From Bdellovibrionales bacterium (GTDB lineage: Bacteria; Bdellovibrionota; Bdellovibrionia; Bdellovibrionales; UBA1609): a stretch of DNA of 64,000 bases. The stretch lies in assembly GCA_965205945.1 (NCBI GenBank), contig CBDBIB010000001.1, forward strand, positions 288,001-352,000, read 5' to 3'. The translations under genes were made by a program, and so were the position numbers. The stretch's first letter is position 1. Each line of letters starts with the position of its first letter. Shown here in pieces: positions 8,638 to 19,002 of this stretch. Under the pieces are notes generated by a model that had not been told where the DNA came from, did no database searches, and saw only the letters and a program-made list of their open reading frames with translations.

Positions 8638-10470
8638 ATGTGTGGAATAGTAGGGTACTTAGGAAATAAAGAAGTTAAGACTGTTCTTTTAAAAGGACTT
8701 AAGGCCTTAGAATATCGAGGCTATGATAGTGCGGGTGTGTCTATTTTTAATGGTAAGGGCATAGAACGAATTAGAGCTGCAGGTAAATTAGCGGTTTTAG
8801 AGGATAAGCTTTTAAACTACAGGTTTAAAGGAAACCTAGGAATTGGGCATACAAGATGGGCTACTCATGGAAAAGCTACTGAAAAAAATGCTCACCCACA
8901 TACAGCTCAAAAAATAAGTCTTGTTCATAACGGTATTATTGAAAACTACCTTGAGTTAAGAGAAGAGCTTTTAACTCAAGGAGTTATTTTAGGTTCTGAT
9001 ACTGATAGTGAACTTGTAGCACATTTAATTTCTAAAGAAATAAGATTAGGAAGAAATCTAGAAGAAGCCGTATTAAAGGTAAAACCTAAACTTAAAGGAG
9101 CCTATGCCATCTTAGTACTTTCAGAATTAGAACCCCATACAATGATAGGTTTTAAAGAAGGTCCCCCTCTTTTAATTGGTCAAGGTGAAAAAGAAATTAT
9201 ATTTGCAAGTGATGCTTTAGCTATTATACCTCATACGTTAAACATTATGTACTTAAATGATGGCGATGTGGCTGTTGTTAAGGGAATGGATATAAGTCTT
9301 ATAAACCATAAAGGCTTGCAACTTAAGCAGGAATGGATTGTAGTTAAGTGGACAGCAGATATTGCAAAAAAAAATGGATATGAGCATTTCATGCTTAAAG
9401 AGATTTTTGAGCAGCCAAAATCTTTAAAAAGTGCAATTACCCCTCATATAGATTTAGAGAAAAAAAAGATTATACTAGACCCACTAAGTGGTTTAACTCT
9501 TGATTATTTAAGCACAATTAAACGAATTTTTGTGGTGGCTTGTGGCACAAGTTACTACGCAGGCCTTTACTCAAAGTATATTTTTGAAAAATATACTAAA
9601 ATTCCAGTGGAATTAGATATTGCTAGTGAGTTTAGGTATAGGGAGTTAAATTTCCCTAAAAACTCTTTGGTGATTGTAATTTCTCAAAGTGGCGAAACCG
9701 CGGACACACTAGCAGCACTAAGGATTACAAAAGAAAACGGCGTAAAAGTTTTAAGTCTTTGTAATACAAAATTTTCAACAATTGATCGTGAAGCTGATTT
9801 TAATTTGTATATGAATTCTGGAATTGAAATTGGCGTAGCCTCTACAAAGGCCTTTACAAGTAGTATGGGTGTTTTAGGGCTTCTTGCTCTTTATATGGGA
9901 AAATCTAAAAACCACTTAAGTAAAGCCCTTGAAAGAGAAAATGTTGATGCTTTATTAGAACTTTCTTCAAAAATGGAATCTGTATTAATCTATAATAAGT
10001 TTTTTAAAAAGACCTCATTTTTATTTAAAAACTTTAAAGGATTTTTGTATATGGGACGAGGCGCTCATTATGCTATTGCTCTTGAAGGCGCTTTAAAAAT
10101 GAAAGAACTCGCTTATATTCACGCTGAAGGCTATGCCGCAGGTGAAATGAAGCATGGCCCCTTAGCATTGATTGATAAGAATATGTTAGTTCTTATGATT
10201 TGCCCTAAAGATAGATTTTATACAAAAACTATAAGTAATTTAGAAGAGGCTAAAGCTCGAGGTGGATACATTGTAAGTATTGGAACCGGCAATGACCAGG
10301 TGCTTAAAAGGCTTAGTGAGCAATATCTTTCACTTCCTAAAGGAAATGAAATCACTAATCCAATTCTAGAGACTATCCCAATACAGCTTCTTTCTTATCA
10401 TGTCTCCAAAGCTTTAGGGAATAATGTTGACCAACCTAGAAATTTAGCAAAATCAGTGACTGTAGAATGA
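8638..10470 (+). CDS. glmS: Glutamine--fructose-6-phosphate aminotransferase
   Basis: MCGIVG N-terminus, GHTRWATHG, SQSGETADT, PRNLAKSVTVE. Confidence 0.98.
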   Translation: MCGIVGYLGNKEVKTVLLKGLKALEYRGYDSAGVSIFNGKGIERIRAAGKLAVLEDKLLNYRFKGNLGIGHTRWATHGKATEKNAHPHTAQKISLVHNGIIENYLELREELLTQGVILGSDTDSELVAHLISKEIRLGRNLEEAVLKVKPKLKGAYAILVLSELEPHTMIGFKEGPPLLIGQGEKEIIFASDALAIIPHTLNIMYLNDGDVAVVKGMDISLINHKGLQLKQEWIVVKWTADIAKKNGYEHFMLKEIFEQPKSLKSAITPHIDLEKKKIILDPLSGLTLDYLSTIKRIFVVACGTSYYAGLYSKYIFEKYTKIPVELDIASEFRYRELNFPKNSLVIVISQSGETADTLAALRITKENGVKVLSLCNTKFSTIDREADFNLYMNSGIEIGVASTKAFTSSMGVLGLLALYMGKSKNHLSKALERENVDALLELSSKMESVLIYNKFFKKTSFLFKNFKGFLYMGRGAHYAIALEGALKMKELAYIHAEGYAAGEMKHGPLALIDKNMLVLMICPKDRFYTKTISNLEEAKARGGYIVSIGTGNDQVLKRLSEQYLSLPKGNEITNPILETIPIQLLSYHVSKALGNNVDQPRNLAKSVTVE

Positions 10471-10930
10471 TCTTTTAAAGAGCCCTTGATCTCATATTAA
10501 AACATACTCTTAATTTAGGATAGGCTACACACCTTAAAACTTCATGGAAATTAATATTTTAAATACCAACAATTTTTTATAACACCATAACTAAAGTTTA
10601 AGGCAAAAAGTTTTTATTCTCATATATTTATTTAACTCTTAAGAAAAAATACCAAAGAGGTAGCTTCATATGCTTAAACCTTTTACTTTATACTTATTGT
10701 TATTTATAAGTTAACATGACCTTACGCAGAATAACCTGTTTAACTTTTAAATAAGCTTAAAAACACAAGATTTGTTAGTTTTACATGCAAGTATTGAGAT
10801 TTTAATATTAACCCTTATTTTATAAAAATTTACTTTTATATTAGTTTAGACCAATTAATGTGCACATCTACCATGAATCGCCACCAATAATATGTAAAAC
10901 CTTTCTTATATTTACTGCTTAGGCTACATT

Positions 10931-11314
10931 ATGAATCTCATGAAAAAAAATACTAAAAGAAACTCATCACTAGAAGCAGCCCTTGATGTTTTACAAAGTG
11001 TATTTCAAAAGAGCAAAGGTTCATTTGCAGATGAATACCAAAGACTTAAATTAGAGCAAAATTGGCAAAAGATTGTTGGAAAAGACCTAGCCTCTGAAAC
11101 TTTTCCTAGAAAACTTTTTAAAACTACTCTCTATATTACTGCAAAATCATCAGAAGCTCAGTATTATTGCAGATTTTCTCAAGATTTTATAAAAGAACGA
11201 ATCAATAAATTTCTAGGTTTTAAAGTGATAGAGCGTTTAAGCTTCAGCCATAAGCCTAAAGAAAAAAAAGACTACAGTTTAAAGGCTAAAAAATTTATTA
11301 ATGCAATAAGATAG
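10931..11314 (+). CDS. DUF721/DciA-family protein
   Basis: WQKIVGKDLASETFP...LYITAKS...IKERINKFLG pattern. Confidence 0.7.
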   Translation: MNLMKKNTKRNSSLEAALDVLQSVFQKSKGSFADEYQRLKLEQNWQKIVGKDLASETFPRKLFKTTLYITAKSSEAQYYCRFSQDFIKERINKFLGFKVIERLSFSHKPKEKKDYSLKAKKFINAIR

Positions 11315-11409
11315 ATCAAATAAAACTATTAAAAAAAAACAAATGATTTTTTTAAAGTTAATCACAAAGTTACGCTTACTTACGCAAAATAATTATTAAA
11401 ATAAAATCC

Positions 11410-12784
11410 TATGACAGTCTTTCGCTAAAAACTTCAGTCAATTTGTTGGTAATGATTGTTCAACTGTTTTTACAAAGATTAACCCTTAATAGCAGCAACA
11501 GTAGCCTTCCACCATCAAGTGACAAAAAACAAAGACGAACAAAAATAACTGTTCCAGGTAAGAAGAAGAAAAAATCGAATAAATCGGTTGGTGGTCAAGA
11601 AGGGCATGAGGGGAAAACTCTTGAGAAATTTTCAGAAGATAGGGTGGATGAGGTTGTTGAGCTGAGTCTTGATCGTAGAACTCTGCCTCAGGGAGCAAAA
11701 TTAAAAGCTGATGGTTTTGAGTCCAGACAAGTCATAGATGTGGTTTTAGATTTTGTAGTCACAGAGTACCAGGCAGAGGTTCTTGTTGATAAAGATGGTA
11801 CTCGTTATGTAGCGGACTTTCCAAAACATATTAAAAAAGCAGTACAATACGGTTCAACAGTAAAGGCCTTATCAACATATTTATCTCAGTATCAGTTGTT
11901 ACCATACAATAGAGTTCAAGAGATGTTTGAGAACTGTTTTGGTCTTAAGATTAGCCAGGGCACGATTTGCAATTTTAACCAAGAAGCCTATGAGCGGTTT
12001 GAGTACTTTGAAGAGGAAATCAAACAAACATTAAAGTCAGCAGGTGTGGTCAATGCTGATGAGACAGGAATACAGATTGGTGAAAAAAACCATTGGATGC
12101 ATGTTCTTTGCACTCCGAAGACGACTTATTTTTTCCCACACGAAAAGCGTGGTCAAGAAGCAATGAGTGAGATGGATATTTTGAAAGAATTTAATGGTGT
12201 CCTTTATCACGATCATTGGAAGCCCTATTTTGGGATGACTAAAGAGCACTCACTGTGCAACGCCCATCACTTAAGAGAGCTTCAGTGGGTGATTGATTTT
12301 AAGGGGCATAAGTGGGCTAAATCCATGAAAAGTTTTTTAAACAAAACTAATGATTTAACGACTGAAGCCGGGGGCGTACTATCTGAAGAAGATCAAAGGA
12401 GGCGGATTATAGCTTACAGGAAAATCATACGGGTAGGGCAAAATGAGTGTCCAATAATAGTTCGGGCGAGAGGATCAGGAAATAAAAAAGTAAAACAAAC
12501 TAAGGAAAGAAATTTACTCGATAGGCTTGATAAGTTCGAAGGAACAGTCTTACACTTTATGCGCAAGAAGAATGTTCCATTTACCAATAATCAAGCCGAG
12601 CGAGATATCCGTATGCTAAAGGTTCATCAAAAAATCAGTGGTTGTTTTAAATCCATGGCTGGTGCCAGGTATTTTTGCAGAGCAAGAGGTTACTTGTTAA
12701 CAAAAAGAAAACGTGGCTACTCTCCATTTTCGGTGATGAGTGAGCTTTTTTACGAAAAAGACTAAAAACTTGCTGAATGGATAC
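11410..12784 (+). mobile_element. IS66-family (single-ORF, ISBst12-like) element, left end lost
   Basis: Right end GCTGAATGGATAC (reverse complement GTATCCATTCAGC) 19 nt after the transposase stop; no matching left inverted repeat found. Confidence 0.75.
11443..12765 (+). CDS. IS66-family transposase, probably 5'-truncated
   Basis: NSSNSSLPPSSD, GGQEGHEG, ADETG, HDHWKPY, LCNAHHLREL and PFTNNQAERDIR motifs. Confidence 0.92.
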   Translation: MLVMIVQLFLQRLTLNSSNSSLPPSSDKKQRRTKITVPGKKKKKSNKSVGGQEGHEGKTLEKFSEDRVDEVVELSLDRRTLPQGAKLKADGFESRQVIDVVLDFVVTEYQAEVLVDKDGTRYVADFPKHIKKAVQYGSTVKALSTYLSQYQLLPYNRVQEMFENCFGLKISQGTICNFNQEAYERFEYFEEEIKQTLKSAGVVNADETGIQIGEKNHWMHVLCTPKTTYFFPHEKRGQEAMSEMDILKEFNGVLYHDHWKPYFGMTKEHSLCNAHHLRELQWVIDFKGHKWAKSMKSFLNKTNDLTTEAGGVLSEEDQRRRIIAYRKIIRVGQNECPIIVRARGSGNKKVKQTKERNLLDRLDKFEGTVLHFMRKKNVPFTNNQAERDIRMLKVHQKISGCFKSMAGARYFCRARGYLLTKRKRGYSPFSVMSELFYEKD

Positions 12785-12830
12785 ATTTTTTTTTAATCCT
12801 GATTTTAAACACCTTTTTATAAGATTAATC

Positions 12831-13616
12831 TTATTTCTCCTCAGTTTTTTCTATAGATTTTCTACCCAATGATTTTAAATAACTTGAAGTACTCTCACTT
12901 TTTCCTAAAAAACTACTCATTTTATTATAAAGACTTGGATCAGAAATAAGTTTTCCTAAAGCTCCCTGGCCAAGATTAATTTTTGTAAGAATTGAATTTA
13001 ATTGTTTTAAGGATTTTTGAGCATAGTTTCCTGAATTAATAGAGACAAAGATTGTATGAAGTTCTTTTAAGGTAGATTTTAGCTCTTTAGCATTTTCTTT
13101 TACCCCCTCCTCTGAATTTAAGAAAGTAATGAGTTCTTCAAATTTTTTAAAAATTCCAGAAAAATTTGGAATATTATCAACTTTTTCTTGAACTTTAGAA
13201 AGAATATCATTATGAGGTTTTGTTAAAAGTTCTTCTCCATGCTTGATTGAAGTACTTTTAAAGGAGCCTCCTGAAAGAAAAATAAAACGATCCCCCAAAG
13301 CTCCTTGTGTTCTTAATTGAGCCACAGAATCTTGTTTAATAAAAGGAAGGTATGAGTTTTTAATAGAATAACTTACCCTTAATGCTTTTTTATTATCATC
13401 ATATTCTATAGCTTTAACATTTCCCACAGTGATTCCTAAGAATGAAACCATGCTTCCAAACATTAATCCTTGAGTATCATTAAAGTAAGAATAAATGCGA
13501 CTTCGATTAGAAAACATGTTTTCATCACTACTTAAAGAATAAAAAATTATTCCAAAAAGTAAAATCCCGAAACTTATAAAAACACCTGTTTGTATATAGT
13601 TTGATTTTTTTTTCAT
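12831..13616 (-). CDS. mlaD: MlaD/MCE-domain protein
   Basis: N-terminal TM helix, GLMFGSMVSFLGITVGNV, TQGALGDRFI; lies in an operon with the ATPase and permease. Confidence 0.9.
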   Translation of the reverse strand: MKKKSNYIQTGVFISFGILLFGIIFYSLSSDENMFSNRSRIYSYFNDTQGLMFGSMVSFLGITVGNVKAIEYDDNKKALRVSYSIKNSYLPFIKQDSVAQLRTQGALGDRFIFLSGGSFKSTSIKHGEELLTKPHNDILSKVQEKVDNIPNFSGIFKKFEELITFLNSEEGVKENAKELKSTLKELHTIFVSINSGNYAQKSLKQLNSILTKINLGQGALGKLISDPSLYNKMSSFLGKSESTSSYLKSLGRKSIEKTEEK

Positions 13617-14347
13617 TAGTTTGAATCTCCTGTCATAAATTTGATAATAGGGTGATTGTTGTTTTTTAATTCTTTAGATGTTGCCTCAATTTCTATTTTT
13701 TTATTTCTTAAGAGCAAAATACGATCACAAATTCTAAGAGCTGAAGGCATATCATGTGTTACAAAAATAGAGGTATAACCTAATCTCTTTAATTTTATAA
13801 TAGTGTCTTGAATTATGAGCGTGTTTTTAGGGTCTAAACCGGCAGTGGGTTCATCAAATAAAACAACTTCAGGCTCAAGCATTAAAGACCTTGCAAGACC
13901 CACACGTTTTTGCATACCACCTGAAAGTTCTGCTGGAAAAAGTTCCTCTGTATGAGAAAGATCAAGATCACTAAGTATTTTTTGAATTCTATTTGTAATT
14001 TCTGTTTTATTAAGATTTAAATGCCTTCTTAAAGGAAAAGCTAAGTTTTCATAAACAGAAAGAGAATCAAAAAGAGCACCATTTTGAAAAACGTAAGCAA
14101 TTTCTTTTCTAATGTTAAACCACTCTTCTTCAGATAAATTTGAGAGCACCTGTTTTTTATAAGTAATCTCTCCCTTATCAGGGCTCTCTAAACCAATAAG
14201 AGCTCTTAAAACAACAGATTTTCCAGTGCCAGATCCTCCAAGTAAACCAAGGCACTCACCCTTTTTAAGGCTAAAAGTAGTTCCTTGATGAACCGATTTA
14301 CTTCCAAAATTTTTATGGAAATTTTTAATCTCTAAAATTGGCGCCAT
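13616..14347 (-). CDS. mlaF: ABC transporter ATP-binding protein (MlaF/Mkl)
   Basis: GGSGTGKS, LSGGMQKRVGLAR, FDEPTAGLDP. Confidence 0.93.
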   Translation of the reverse strand: MAPILEIKNFHKNFGSKSVHQGTTFSLKKGECLGLLGGSGTGKSVVLRALIGLESPDKGEITYKKQVLSNLSEEEWFNIRKEIAYVFQNGALFDSLSVYENLAFPLRRHLNLNKTEITNRIQKILSDLDLSHTEELFPAELSGGMQKRVGLARSLMLEPEVVLFDEPTAGLDPKNTLIIQDTIIKLKRLGYTSIFVTHDMPSALRICDRILLLRNKKIEIEATSKELKNNNHPIIKFMTGDSN

Positions 14348-15117
14348 GCTTCAAACATCCAGTATAGTTTAGTTATAAAATAATCAAAAATAAAAATAAG
14401 TATTGAACCTGCAACAACAGCAAAAGTAGTGGCTTTTCCCACCCCTTTTGTTCCTTCTCTTACACAAAAGCCGTAGTAACAAGCAGGAATACAAACACAA
14501 ATCGCAAAAATATACGATTTTAAAAAGCCAGAGCTAAATTCTCTTAGGCTTACAGTTGTAACAATTTTTTGATAAAAGAAATAAGGGTCTAAAGCAAGTT
14601 CAGTGTGACCTATCAAAGCTGATGCTGCAAGAGCTAAGAAACTAGTGATCAGTGTAAGAATTGGAAAAGCCACTAAGCATGCTATGAGCCTTGGAGCAAC
14701 AATTTCTTCAATGGGAGAACAGCCTAAAGCTTTTATAGCATCTATTTGTTGAGTTACTTTCATTGAACCAACTTCAGAAGCAATACCAGCACCAACTCTT
14801 GCTGCACACATTAAAGCTGTAAACACAGGGCTTATTTCCATAAAAATAGCTAGTGACATTAATTTTGGAACGTAAGGCTTCCCACCAAAACGCTCTAAAC
14901 CTAGGCCAAACTGCAAAGTCATTACAAAACCTGAACTAAGTGCTGTGATTGCAATTAAAGGAATAGAGTTGACCCCTATTTCTTTAATCTGCTCAAATAT
15001 TAAATAAGAAGGAGTTTTACCTTGGATTATTTTTTTTAAAGCCTCTTTAAAAAGATAAAAGCATTCACCCAAAATATCAAAAAAATAAGCAACTCCTGCG
15101 ACCAGATTTTTTAACAT
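14332..15117 (-). CDS. mlaE: MlaE-family ABC permease
   Basis: ARVGAGIASEVGSMKVTQQIDA and GVGKATT motifs. Confidence 0.93.
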   Translation of the reverse strand: MLKNLVAGVAYFFDILGECFYLFKEALKKIIQGKTPSYLIFEQIKEIGVNSIPLIAITALSSGFVMTLQFGLGLERFGGKPYVPKLMSLAIFMEISPVFTALMCAARVGAGIASEVGSMKVTQQIDAIKALGCSPIEEIVAPRLIACLVAFPILTLITSFLALAASALIGHTELALDPYFFYQKIVTTVSLREFSSGFLKSYIFAICVCIPACYYGFCVREGTKGVGKATTFAVVAGSILIFIFDYFITKLYWMFEAWRQF

Positions 15118-15127
15118 GGAATATCCA

Positions 15128-15616
15128 TTAGCGCTTAATTTTAAATGAGGTTAAGAACCGTTCGAATATATCTTTAGTTTTAAGAAAGGTTGTTGAAACT
15201 CCTGAATGAGATATTAAAAAAAAACATCCGTATTTTTCTAATACAATAAGATCAAACGATGTAAGAATACCCTCAATTTCAGTTTGAATTTTTTGCCTAA
15301 GAGCCTTTCTTAAATTATATTTAAAGGTTGATACTGCAAATACCTTAACAGGGTAGAATTCATTTGTAATTTTTTGTAAAAAAAGTTCAGTGCTTTGTGA
15401 ATTTGATGTACATTCTGATTTATAAGAAATAATAGATCCAGTTTCTTCATTAATCCATGCTGAATCAGCGCTAAACTCTGTAGTTTCTAAAAAGCCGGGG
15501 CTTGGTTTAGAGTATCTTACTTTTTTATATGATTCTATTTTTTTTTGGCCTAAAGAAAGCTGTACACAGGCAGAGCACAGAAAAACTATAAAGAATATTT
15601 TAAAAAGATTTAACAC
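15128..15616 (-). CDS. Hypothetical lipoprotein leading the mla operon
   Basis: Lipobox CSAC; 10 nt upstream of mlaE. Confidence 0.7.
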   Translation of the reverse strand: MLNLFKIFFIVFLCSACVQLSLGQKKIESYKKVRYSKPSPGFLETTEFSADSAWINEETGSIISYKSECTSNSQSTELFLQKITNEFYPVKVFAVSTFKYNLRKALRQKIQTEIEGILTSFDLIVLEKYGCFFLISHSGVSTTFLKTKDIFERFLTSFKIKR

Positions 15617-15706
15617 AATAGTGAAACTTTAACCTTAAGAAAGTCTATTGGCCAGAAAAAATAAAGATTTGCAGTGATCTAAGTTTTGTAAACTAGGGTT
15701 TAAACT

Positions 15707-15733
15707 AAAAAAACCAGCAAACAGCTGGTTTTT
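15707..15733 (-). terminator. Rho-independent terminator after the HU gene
   Basis: AAAAACCAGC-aaaca-GCTGGTTTTT hairpin with a U-tract on the minus strand. Confidence 0.8.
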
Positions 15734-15757
15734 ACCTTCTAATTCTTAAAAAACTAC

Positions 15758-16039
15758 TTATCTTACACTTTTCTTAAAATCAGAGCCTGCTCTAAATTTA
15801 GGAACCCAAGCAGCTGGAATTTTTATTGCAGCTCCAGTTTGTGGGTTGCGTCCCATTCTAGCTTTTCTTTTAGTTTTTGTAAAAGTTCCAAACCCTACTA
15901 ATTTAATATCAGTGGCTTTCTTAACATTTTTTTGAACAGTCCCCACGAAACAATCCAAAAACCTTTCAGTTTCAGCCTTAGTAGTGTGTAACTCTTTAGC
16001 TATTTTCTCGACTAATTGTGCTTTGTTTAAGCTTTCCAT
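15758..16039 (-). CDS. hup: HU-family DNA-binding protein
   Basis: LNKAQLV, GFGTF, RKARMGRNPQTG. Confidence 0.95.
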   Translation of the reverse strand: MESLNKAQLVEKIAKELHTTKAETERFLDCFVGTVQKNVKKATDIKLVGFGTFTKTKRKARMGRNPQTGAAIKIPAAWVPKFRAGSDFKKSVR

Positions 16040-16149
16040 TGTATCCCCCTTAATGGTTATGATTTAAATTATAAACACCTACAATTGGAATCTGGAAAAG
16101 AGTGGTGGTCAACCCCTAAAAACACTTTCTTATTTTTTTTATTTATATG

Positions 16150-16839
16150 TTACTTTCTAATTAACTGCTGCTTGCCTAAATCAACATCATTAAAGCTAAT
16201 ATTTGCACGCATACTAGGAGTATGTTTATTTCCATGCTCTTTTTCAACAGTAATTGTTAACCAGCCTTGTGGCGTATAAGAATCGATAGTTAGGTCCTTT
16301 TGTGTACAATCTATGCGTCCATTAAAAATCATTCTTCTAACAGGAAAGCCTTGCCCTCCTGCATAAGCCCATCCATTAGCGGTTGCATCAATTGCAATGG
16401 TGGCAGTCTTATTATAGCCCTTAAAAAAACTAACCGTAATGCCCATAGGTTGTTGACTCCACCATGTGCAGTTTGCAGTTCCATCATACCTTTCGTATTG
16501 ATATTGCTCATAAGTAGCGTTTGCATTAGCATACCTAACCCAACCACTATACGACCTACAGTCAGTCTGAGACTCTATAAGGTCCTTATAACTGCCCCTA
16601 TTAATAACATTTTTCATATATCCATAAAACGTATGTTTCTGATTACTAATGTTAGAGCAATGATTTGAAATATATTGAGGATTGCCTTGATTATTTAAAT
16701 TGCCTGAGCGCCAAGGTTTTACATTATCTGATGAATGTGGACGTGTTGTAATATCTTTTCCACTAGAATAAGAACTGTTATCACAAGCTGTAATAAACAA
16801 ACTTAATGAAATTAGTAATAATGGTATAAAATATTTCAT
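16150..16839 (-). CDS. Hypothetical lipoprotein
   Basis: Lipobox ITAC and a strong SD (AAGGGG) upstream. Confidence 0.75.
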   Translation of the reverse strand: MKYFIPLLLISLSLFITACDNSSYSSGKDITTRPHSSDNVKPWRSGNLNNQGNPQYISNHCSNISNQKHTFYGYMKNVINRGSYKDLIESQTDCRSYSGWVRYANANATYEQYQYERYDGTANCTWWSQQPMGITVSFFKGYNKTATIAIDATANGWAYAGGQGFPVRRMIFNGRIDCTQKDLTIDSYTPQGWLTITVEKEHGNKHTPSMRANISFNDVDLGKQQLIRK

Positions 16840-16959
16840 AATATCCCCTTTTCCCTAAATAGGGTTGTTCACAATTTATGCCATCTTTAAAATGCCGTAC
16901 AGAGGTGTTTAAAGCACTTTAGTTGACAGTTTAGAGTATAATGGTAGTTCATTTTATGT

Positions 16960-17694
16960 ATGATTGATCAAATTTTTTACACAGAAGGGGCTGGAAATAA
17001 GTTCTTTTTTACTATGTCTAATAAACTAAATTTTATAGATCTGCTTAAAATAGCCAATAAAAAAAAGTTAAGACCCGATGGCTTTATTGTCTCAAAAAGA
17101 GTTGATAAAACACAACTGACTTTTAACTTTTATAATAATGATGGAAGTAATGTAGATTTTTGTGGAAATGCACTAAGAGCGGTGGGTGTTTGCTATAATC
17201 AAATATCTGGTTGTGGCAGTTTTTACTTAAAAACAAATGTTGGCAATCTAAGAATAAATGTTAAAAGTCAGACTTTAGTAGAGGCACAGATGCCAGTCCC
17301 GGAATTAAAAACCGTAATTAAAGTTGATAATCATAATATTCCTTGTGTTTTATCTGGAGTTTTACATTTAGTTTTTGACCAAAGCCTTTTTGGAATTAGA
17401 GATAAAAAAGATATGAGAGGTTTTTGTCAAAGGGTTAGAGAGATGGATTTGGGTGGGGCTCAAACATACAACCTTACATTTTACAAGCCTAGTACGGAGC
17501 CTGTTGACTGTGTGACCTTTGAAAGAGGAGTTGAAGATTTTACTTTAGCTTGTGGATCTGGTGCTTTATCAGTTGCTCAAGTTATAGGTGTAGACAGGCT
17601 CAACTTAAAAATGCCTGGTGGTTTATTAAAGGTTAGTAGAAGAAATAATGAGGTTTTTATGTTAGGCTCTGCTAAAATCATTGAAACTTATTAA
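16960..17694 (+). CDS. dapF: Diaminopimelate epimerase
   Basis: GAGN, NNDGS..FCGNALR, ERGVEDFTLACGSG (both catalytic Cys), MPGG. Confidence 0.88.
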   Translation: MIDQIFYTEGAGNKFFFTMSNKLNFIDLLKIANKKKLRPDGFIVSKRVDKTQLTFNFYNNDGSNVDFCGNALRAVGVCYNQISGCGSFYLKTNVGNLRINVKSQTLVEAQMPVPELKTVIKVDNHNIPCVLSGVLHLVFDQSLFGIRDKKDMRGFCQRVREMDLGGAQTYNLTFYKPSTEPVDCVTFERGVEDFTLACGSGALSVAQVIGVDRLNLKMPGGLLKVSRRNNEVFMLGSAKIIETY

Positions 17695-17702
17695 AGGTAA
17701 TA

Positions 17703-18803
17703 TTGATGAGACAAGAATTTGATTTAAAAGTTGTTGAAAAGAAAGTAAGAGCTTTAAACGCTATAACATTAAAACTGTTAGTGCCCACTGAATTTAAAGA
17801 TAAGTTTAAGGCTAAGGCAGGGCAATTTATAGGTGTTACAGCCACTATTAAAGGGGAAAAAGTTCATAGAAGTTATTCCCTATCATCAGGTCCTGATAGC
17901 GAAACTCTTGAAATTTCAGTTAAGAAAGTTCCTAGCGGGAAAATGTCGACATATCTTATCGATGAAATATTAAAAGGAGACACTTTAAAAGTTGTCCCTC
18001 CAGCAGGTCATTTTTATAAAGAGTCTGAGAATAAAAAACATCACGTAATGTTTGCTGCTGGAAGCGGCATTGTGCCGATACTTTCCATTATTAAATTTTT
18101 AAAAAAGGTTAAACCTAAAGAGCAGGTTTCTTTATTTTATTGGAATCAAACTGTTGAATCTACAATGTTTTTAAAAGAATTATTAGAGTATAATAAAGCT
18201 TTGTTTTTTAATTTATTTCTAGCTTTTACAAAAGAAAAGCCTAAAATAAAAGAGGTCTACTTTTTTTCAAGATGTGATCAAAATATAATGAAAGACTGCT
18301 TCTACAAATGGTCTACCTCTATTGATATGCCAATATTTTATCTTTGTGGTCCTGAAGGGTTTATGTCAACAATCGAGTTTTTCTTAGGAACAAAGGGTTA
18401 TAGCTTTTCACAAATTAGAAAAGAAAGTTTTAAAACATCAAACACAACTACTCCTGATATGCCCATTAAAAAAAAAAATGAGCCCATTTACATTGGTAAT
18501 ATAAATACAAAATCTGAAGAAGCTGGTGGAGTTTGTGAAGCTGTGTTAGACGGTGAGGTTATTTTTGTTCAACCCAGTGAAGATGAAACAATTTTAGAGG
18601 CTTTTTTAAGAAAAGGAGAGTCACCTCCTTACTCTTGTATGGAAGGAACTTGCATTGCTTGTCAATGTAAGGTTTTAGAAGGGCTTGTTACAATGCCTAA
18701 AGACTTTTTTATATCAGATGAAGACATCGCTGAAGGGTTAGTGCTCTCCTGCCAGGCTCGAATTAAATCTAAAAAAGTAAAGATAGATTTTGATAATTTT
18801 TAA
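17703..18803 (+). CDS. FAD/NAD-binding reductase with C-terminal 2Fe-2S ferredoxin (PaaE-like)
   Basis: RSYSL, AAGSGIVP, YLCGPEGFM, CMEGTCIAC...LSC. Confidence 0.9.
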   Translation: MMRQEFDLKVVEKKVRALNAITLKLLVPTEFKDKFKAKAGQFIGVTATIKGEKVHRSYSLSSGPDSETLEISVKKVPSGKMSTYLIDEILKGDTLKVVPPAGHFYKESENKKHHVMFAAGSGIVPILSIIKFLKKVKPKEQVSLFYWNQTVESTMFLKELLEYNKALFFNLFLAFTKEKPKIKEVYFFSRCDQNIMKDCFYKWSTSIDMPIFYLCGPEGFMSTIEFFLGTKGYSFSQIRKESFKTSNTTTPDMPIKKKNEPIYIGNINTKSEEAGGVCEAVLDGEVIFVQPSEDETILEAFLRKGESPPYSCMEGTCIACQCKVLEGLVTMPKDFFISDEDIAEGLVLSCQARIKSKKVKIDFDNF

Positions 18804-19002
18804 AGTCAAACATCATTATTTAGTAAAATTACTTTTTTTATATCACCTTAAATGATTAAGCTTTCTAATAAAGTAATACTAATTACATTAAATACTTCTT
18901 TAACAAAATAAAATATAAGCCTTATTTTTAATACCATCTTACAAATGAATCTTTTTGCAGGCGGACCAACGTCTAGCTGGTTCTGCCGTCTAATCACCAC
19001 AG

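Noticed and set aside
16869..16884. Possible sigma54 promoter TGGCATAAATTGTGA before the 16839 lipoprotein (similar at ~5023)
   Set aside because: The -12 element lacks GC; too weak to call.
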